Assembly: GCA_050115495.1 (NCBI GenBank)
Contig: JASFQK010000003.1
Span: forward strand, 128,001-192,000
Origin: Phycisphaerae bacterium
Lineage (GTDB): Bacteria; Planctomycetota; Phycisphaerae; UBA1845; Fen-1342
Direction of reading: 5' to 3'
DNA length: 64,000 nt
Shown here: positions 60,419-64,000 of the stretch, one piece after another
Layout of the letters: each line of letters starts with the position of its first letter
Position numbering within the stretch: position 1 is the first letter of the stretch
Position numbers and translations under genes: made by a program
Notes under the pieces: model-generated
Told to the model about the DNA's origin: nothing
The model's input: only the letters and a program-made list of their open reading frames with translations
Database searches by the model: none

Positions 60419-61113
60419 TGTGTGGACACGCAACAACGGTACGGCAGGACATGCCGACGTGGTCGGCGCTGAAGGATTTGGTCGCCGGGTTGGGGGAGCG
60501 GGACATCAACCGCCCGCTCGGTCGGGCCAGCGGTGACGAGCCGCTGTTGCCGGCGCCGGAGGTCGTGGCTGAGGCCGTCGCCCGGGAGTTGCTTTGCATC
60601 AGGCAGCGAATGGCGGCGGCGCTGGGGTGGCTTGAGCAAGGGATCATCGCCGATTTCGAGTTCGCGGCCGACGATTGCGAGGCGGGCCGGCGGCTGGCGG
60701 TGGACGAGCTGCACGATGCGCAGACCCGGCTCCATGAATGCGGCGGAGCGCTGCTGACCTGGCTGCGCCTGGTCGGGCACAGCTCGATTGTGCCGTTGGA
60801 TGCGGAATCATGGGCGGCGCTCTGCGCTTTGGCGGAAGACACGCTGCCGCACCCGCACGCGGGCTACGTCAGCGAGCTCGTCAAGGCGGCCGTCGTGAAC
60901 CTGTCAGAGCGACAGGACGCCCCGGCGGTAGTCGCGCGCGGCGAGTGTGAGCGGCTCCGGGCGTGCGGGTTCAAGCTGAAACCGGACCGGTGGCCGTCTG
61001 TCCAGGTCGGCGGCGGGAAGCCCTGGCCGGCGACGGAAGCGAAGAATGGCAAGAGCGGCAAGGCGTCGCGGGCGAAGGCGTCCGCGGGCAAGGCCGCGGT
61101 GGCGGTTGCTTGA
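60415..61113 (+). CDS. Hypothetical protein
   Basis: GTGA overlap; helical body, K/A-rich tail. Confidence 0.6.
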   Translation: MMCGHATTVRQDMPTWSALKDLVAGLGERDINRPLGRASGDEPLLPAPEVVAEAVARELLCIRQRMAAALGWLEQGIIADFEFAADDCEAGRRLAVDELHDAQTRLHECGGALLTWLRLVGHSSIVPLDAESWAALCALAEDTLPHPHAGYVSELVKAAVVNLSERQDAPAVVARGECERLRACGFKLKPDRWPSVQVGGGKPWPATEAKNGKSGKASRAKASAGKAAVAVA

Positions 61114-61123
61114 GGATCTGAGC

Positions 61124-62206
61124 ATGTACGGGTGTCTGGTTGCGAAGGTGGGCGGCGTGCCCAAGCGTGAGTTTCGCATCGTCCCATACGGCGCGGTCGA
61201 TGCGGTCAACGCCGCGAAGGGCGGGCCGTTCACCTTCACACGCGAACACGCCCGACAGGCGGTCTCGTGGTTCCAGCGGGTGGGCCGAAAGCTGATGATC
61301 GACTACGAGCATCAAAGCGTGCAGAGTTTGAACACCCGGCCGGACGGGCTGTCGCCCGCGGCCGGGTGGATCGGGCGTATCGAAGCCCGTCCGGATGGAC
61401 TCTGGGCGGCGGATGTCGAGTGGACGGCCGCCGCTGCGGAAGCCCTTCGGCGCGGGGAGTACGCCTACTTCTCGCCGGTCATTTACTGGGGCGACCGGAA
61501 CCATGGCACACTCGACAGCTTGGGGCCGATCGCGCTCACCAACGATCCGAGTATGACCAACGTCGAGCCGCTCGTCGCGACGCGGCTACACGTGGATGTG
61601 TTCGCCGGCGACGGCGCCGGCGGAAGTGAGACCAGCCCGGGCAGGACGCCGCGGGGCGCAACACAAGGAGACGGTATGAGCCCGATGGATCGGGTGGCGG
61701 AGGCCCTTGGGCTTGCGCCCGGGGCGAGTCTGGAAGAGATCCTCGCCGAGATCAAGCGGCGGGGTGGCGCACAGACGACGGCGGCGATTCGCGCGCGACT
61801 GGGACAGCTCGAAGCGGGAGTCACGGCACTGACGGGCTGTCCGGCGCGCGGGGCGAACGACGAAGCCGGCTGGGCGGCGGAGTACGACGCAAACCTCCCC
61901 GACGCGGAAACGGGACGTCCTCTTCAGGACTGCTTCATGAGCAGAGACAACTACGTCCACTACATGAAGGCGGTACAGGATGGGCTTGTTACCACGCGCC
62001 CCAGCCGACAGCAGCGGGCGGCGACGGTTGCCAAGCGCAGAGCGGAAGAGGGGATGTCGGACGCGACCTTCGAGGCCGTTCTGAGGAGGGAGTGGAACGG
62101 CAACGTGGTCGACGAGACCGGCCGTCGCGTGCGCGAGTGTTTCTTCAGCTTCGAGAACTTCGCCGCGTACCGGCGGGGCGTGAGATCGGAACGCATCACA
62201 GCGTAG
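61124..62206 (+). CDS. Mu gpI-like prohead protease fused to scaffold-like C-terminus
   Basis: IDYEHQ, PAAGWI, GLWAADVEWT, EYAYFSPV, ALTNDP; then ALGLAPGASLEEILAEI and a duplicated C-terminal motif. Confidence 0.85.
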   Translation: MYGCLVAKVGGVPKREFRIVPYGAVDAVNAAKGGPFTFTREHARQAVSWFQRVGRKLMIDYEHQSVQSLNTRPDGLSPAAGWIGRIEARPDGLWAADVEWTAAAAEALRRGEYAYFSPVIYWGDRNHGTLDSLGPIALTNDPSMTNVEPLVATRLHVDVFAGDGAGGSETSPGRTPRGATQGDGMSPMDRVAEALGLAPGASLEEILAEIKRRGGAQTTAAIRARLGQLEAGVTALTGCPARGANDEAGWAAEYDANLPDAETGRPLQDCFMSRDNYVHYMKAVQDGLVTTRPSRQQRAATVAKRRAEEGMSDATFEAVLRREWNGNVVDETGRRVRECFFSFENFAAYRRGVRSERITA

Positions 62207-62278
62207 GCCGCTGCGGGCATCGGACGAGAAGACACCAGCAGCCACGAACGGCTGCGTAGCTTGAGAAAGGATTCGGGA

Positions 62279-63121
62279 ATGACCGATGTGGGACTGACTG
62301 AGAAGCCGATTACCAGCAAGCTGTCCGAGCAGGCGGCGGCGCTGTTGGCGGATCGGCGTGCCAAGGCGGGGCAGGCGTACTCGGAGATGCTTCGCCGCAA
62401 CGATTCGCCGCAGGCAGGCGACGCTGAGCGACTGGCGGACGTGATGCACACGCTGGGGCGGGACGGCAATGACCTCGAAGACGACACGCTCCTGGTGCAG
62501 AAGATCATGGAGGCGGAACAAGCCGCCGGTGACCTGGAGGCCTTCGAGGCGACCGAGGCGCCGCCCATCGCGCAGAAGTACCGCGATGGAATGGCCCGGT
62601 TCAAGGCCGAGCGGGAGGCGTTCGAGAAGCGGTGGCATGAGGAAATCGAGGCGCTGGAACGCGAGTGGAGCCTCTGCAAGCACAAGCGTGTGAACCTGAA
62701 CACCGTCGCCAGACAGCTCGACTTCCTGCGGCGGAAGTGGGCGGAGCGGATCGGTCAGCCCTTGCCGCCGGTGAAGCGGGAGACCATTCCGGCTCCGAAG
62801 CCGTCGCGTGAGGAAGTGATTGCCCGCATGAAGCGGGAGTGCGAGCGATTCACGTTCAGCGTGGCGGTAAGTCAACGGACCCGGTGGACAGTAGCCGACG
62901 GCGTAGGCCGTGGCTGGAGGATACGAACATGGGACAACCGATTCACGCAGAGCAGCAGAAGCAGCAGTTGTTGCTCGCCTGGCTCGCGGTTGAGCCGGGC
63001 CTGCAAAACCTGGACACGCTCCCGCCGCAGGTCCTCGACCTGGAAGAGTGCTTTCACACGGTGCCGCAGTCCATCGCGCACCTGGTTCGGCCGGGGGGCA
63101 GCGCTACGTATCGCGAGCTGA
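62279..63121 (+). CDS. Hypothetical coiled-coil protein (3' end uncertain; overlaps next gene by ~190 nt)
   Basis: Charged helical sequence up to ~62860; downstream tail looks non-native. Confidence 0.5.
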   Translation: MTDVGLTEKPITSKLSEQAAALLADRRAKAGQAYSEMLRRNDSPQAGDAERLADVMHTLGRDGNDLEDDTLLVQKIMEAEQAAGDLEAFEATEAPPIAQKYRDGMARFKAEREAFEKRWHEEIEALEREWSLCKHKRVNLNTVARQLDFLRRKWAERIGQPLPPVKRETIPAPKPSREEVIARMKRECERFTFSVAVSQRTRWTVADGVGRGWRIRTWDNRFTQSSRSSSCCSPGSRLSRACKTWTRSRRRSSTWKSAFTRCRSPSRTWFGRGAALRIAS

Positions 63122-63549
63122 TTCAGCGGCTGAAGCGCATGCGGCGTCTGGCGACCTGGATCGAAGACGAAGACGGCCTGGACACGCTGCCCGGCATGCC
63201 GGAAGGCGTCCAGTTGCTGAGCGACTGCGGGCACGCTGTGCCGGAGTCGGTGTCGGCGAAGGTCGGCTTCAACGGCCCGACCGGTTACGGGGCGGTGGTG
63301 GAGCGTCTGGGGCACATGGGGGCGCTGCTACGCTTCCTGGACGGGCATCCCGACGGCTTGCGGCCCGGCGACGAGATTCCGGCGGACGTGCTGAAGCTGA
63401 AGGACTGTTCGGTTCCCATCCCGTCGGCGAGCGAATCGACCGCGTCGGCGGCGGTGGGTCTGTCCGGACGCGTGTCCTACGGGTTGATCGTCGGGCGGCT
63501 GCTTGAGCTGAAGGCCGCGCCCGCGACCGACCAGCCCGCAGCGGAATAG
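62929..63549 (+). CDS. Hypothetical protein built of three ~59-aa repeats
   Basis: GGAGG SD; repeats of GL-x4-[LMI]P-x2-V-x2-L-x2-C-x3-[VI]P...G-x3-Y-x5-RL. Confidence 0.7.
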   Translation: MGQPIHAEQQKQQLLLAWLAVEPGLQNLDTLPPQVLDLEECFHTVPQSIAHLVRPGGSATYRELIQRLKRMRRLATWIEDEDGLDTLPGMPEGVQLLSDCGHAVPESVSAKVGFNGPTGYGAVVERLGHMGALLRFLDGHPDGLRPGDEIPADVLKLKDCSVPIPSASESTASAAVGLSGRVSYGLIVGRLLELKAAPATDQPAAE

Positions 63550-63681
63550 ACGACCGCCCGGCGGCGGTTCTGCGGGCCTTCGATGAGCGATTGATTAGCC
63601 GTCGAAGGACGACATAGAGGCCGAACCGACGGCCTTATTGAGACGCCCGGTGGGGGGCCGGGCTTGGAGTTTGCGCCCGTT

Positions 63682-63731
63682 TTCGACCGGTCTTTTCGTG
63701 CAGCGCGACCGGTCTTTTCGCGCGCCGATCA
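63682..63731 (-). repeat. Right end: two adjacent putative transposase-binding sites (22-bp period) and terminal CA
   Basis: 63682-63697 is the exact reverse complement of 49964-49979; 63703-63718 is the exact reverse complement of 49879-49894. Confidence 0.85.
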
Positions 63732-63792
63732 TGAAGGGCCCGCGAGGTGGCCGGAGGGGGTTTTGAGCCGCCCGGTCGCTGTGTGACTCATA

Positions 63793-63820
63793 ACGTCCTA
63801 TAATATATATTATGTTGCGT
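63793..63820 (+). other. dif: dif site (XerC/XerD chromosome dimer resolution site)
   Basis: ACGTCCTATAA-TATATA-TTATGTTGCGT has the 11-6-11 layout, close to B. subtilis ACTTCCTAGAA-TATATA-TTATGTAAACT and E. coli GGTGCGCATAA-TGTATA-TTATGTTAAAT; AT island in GC-rich DNA. Confidence 0.85.
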
Positions 63821-64000
63821 TCGGCATAATGGGCGGGTAGGGTGCATTAGCCCCCCGGCCCCGGGCCTTTTCGTATATCCGACTGAGGGTTGGGATTGCT
63901 GGGCTACGGCTGGCGGTTGTCGGCCGGTGCGGCGGTTTGAAGCTGGCTTAACTCAAAGCCAGCCAAGGGCTTAAGCTGACGCCGGTTATAGTCGTAGCTG

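Larger units (their letters stand above)
49724..63731 (+). mobile_element. Mu-like transposable element, ~14.0 kb (candidate satellite or reduced transposable prophage)
   Basis: TG...CA termini in identical register to end repeats; DDE transposase, MuB-like ATPase, repressor/cro and Mu-I protease inside. Confidence 0.8.

Noticed and set aside
49724..63731. Tn7/CAST or classical IMEX interpretation
   Set aside because: No TnsA, TniQ, Cas, tyrosine recombinase or HUH Rep recognised; transposase motifs are MuA-like and dif lies intact outside the end.

Overview
High-GC bacterial chromosome segment. It is probably from Planctomycetota (Phycisphaerae-like), inferred from a dockerin-type C-terminus, sulfatase-family genes, a Ser/Thr kinase-WD40 protein and planctomycete-style intergenic repeats. 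Positions 1-49.6 kb hold mostly core and envelope genes: a TMTC-like GT-C transferase, two sulfatase-family genes, a DAACS symporter, purD, rpmF-plsX-fabH-fabD-fabG-pfkA, hisS, a tandem SPFH pair, a MacAB-like ABC exporter, an MCP, a histidine kinase and a Ycf46-like AAA ATPase. This part also carries a nuclease-NB-ARC-TPR (Avs/STAND-like) gene broken by a C8 homopolymer frameshift and bracketed by inverted repeats. The most notable object is a compact ~14.0 kb Mu-like transposable element (TG 49724 ... CA 63731). It has matched AAAAGACCGGTCG end sites, a repressor/cro switch, a DDE transposase, a MuB-like ATPase, a stand-alone transposase DNA-binding-domain protein, a short tape-measure-like gene and a Mu-I protease/scaffold. 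I recognise no capsid, portal, terminase or tail genes in it. It sits 61 bp from a canonical-looking dif site (63793-63820) and is a candidate transposable phage satellite. All family assignments come from motif recognition by eye; no database searches were run.
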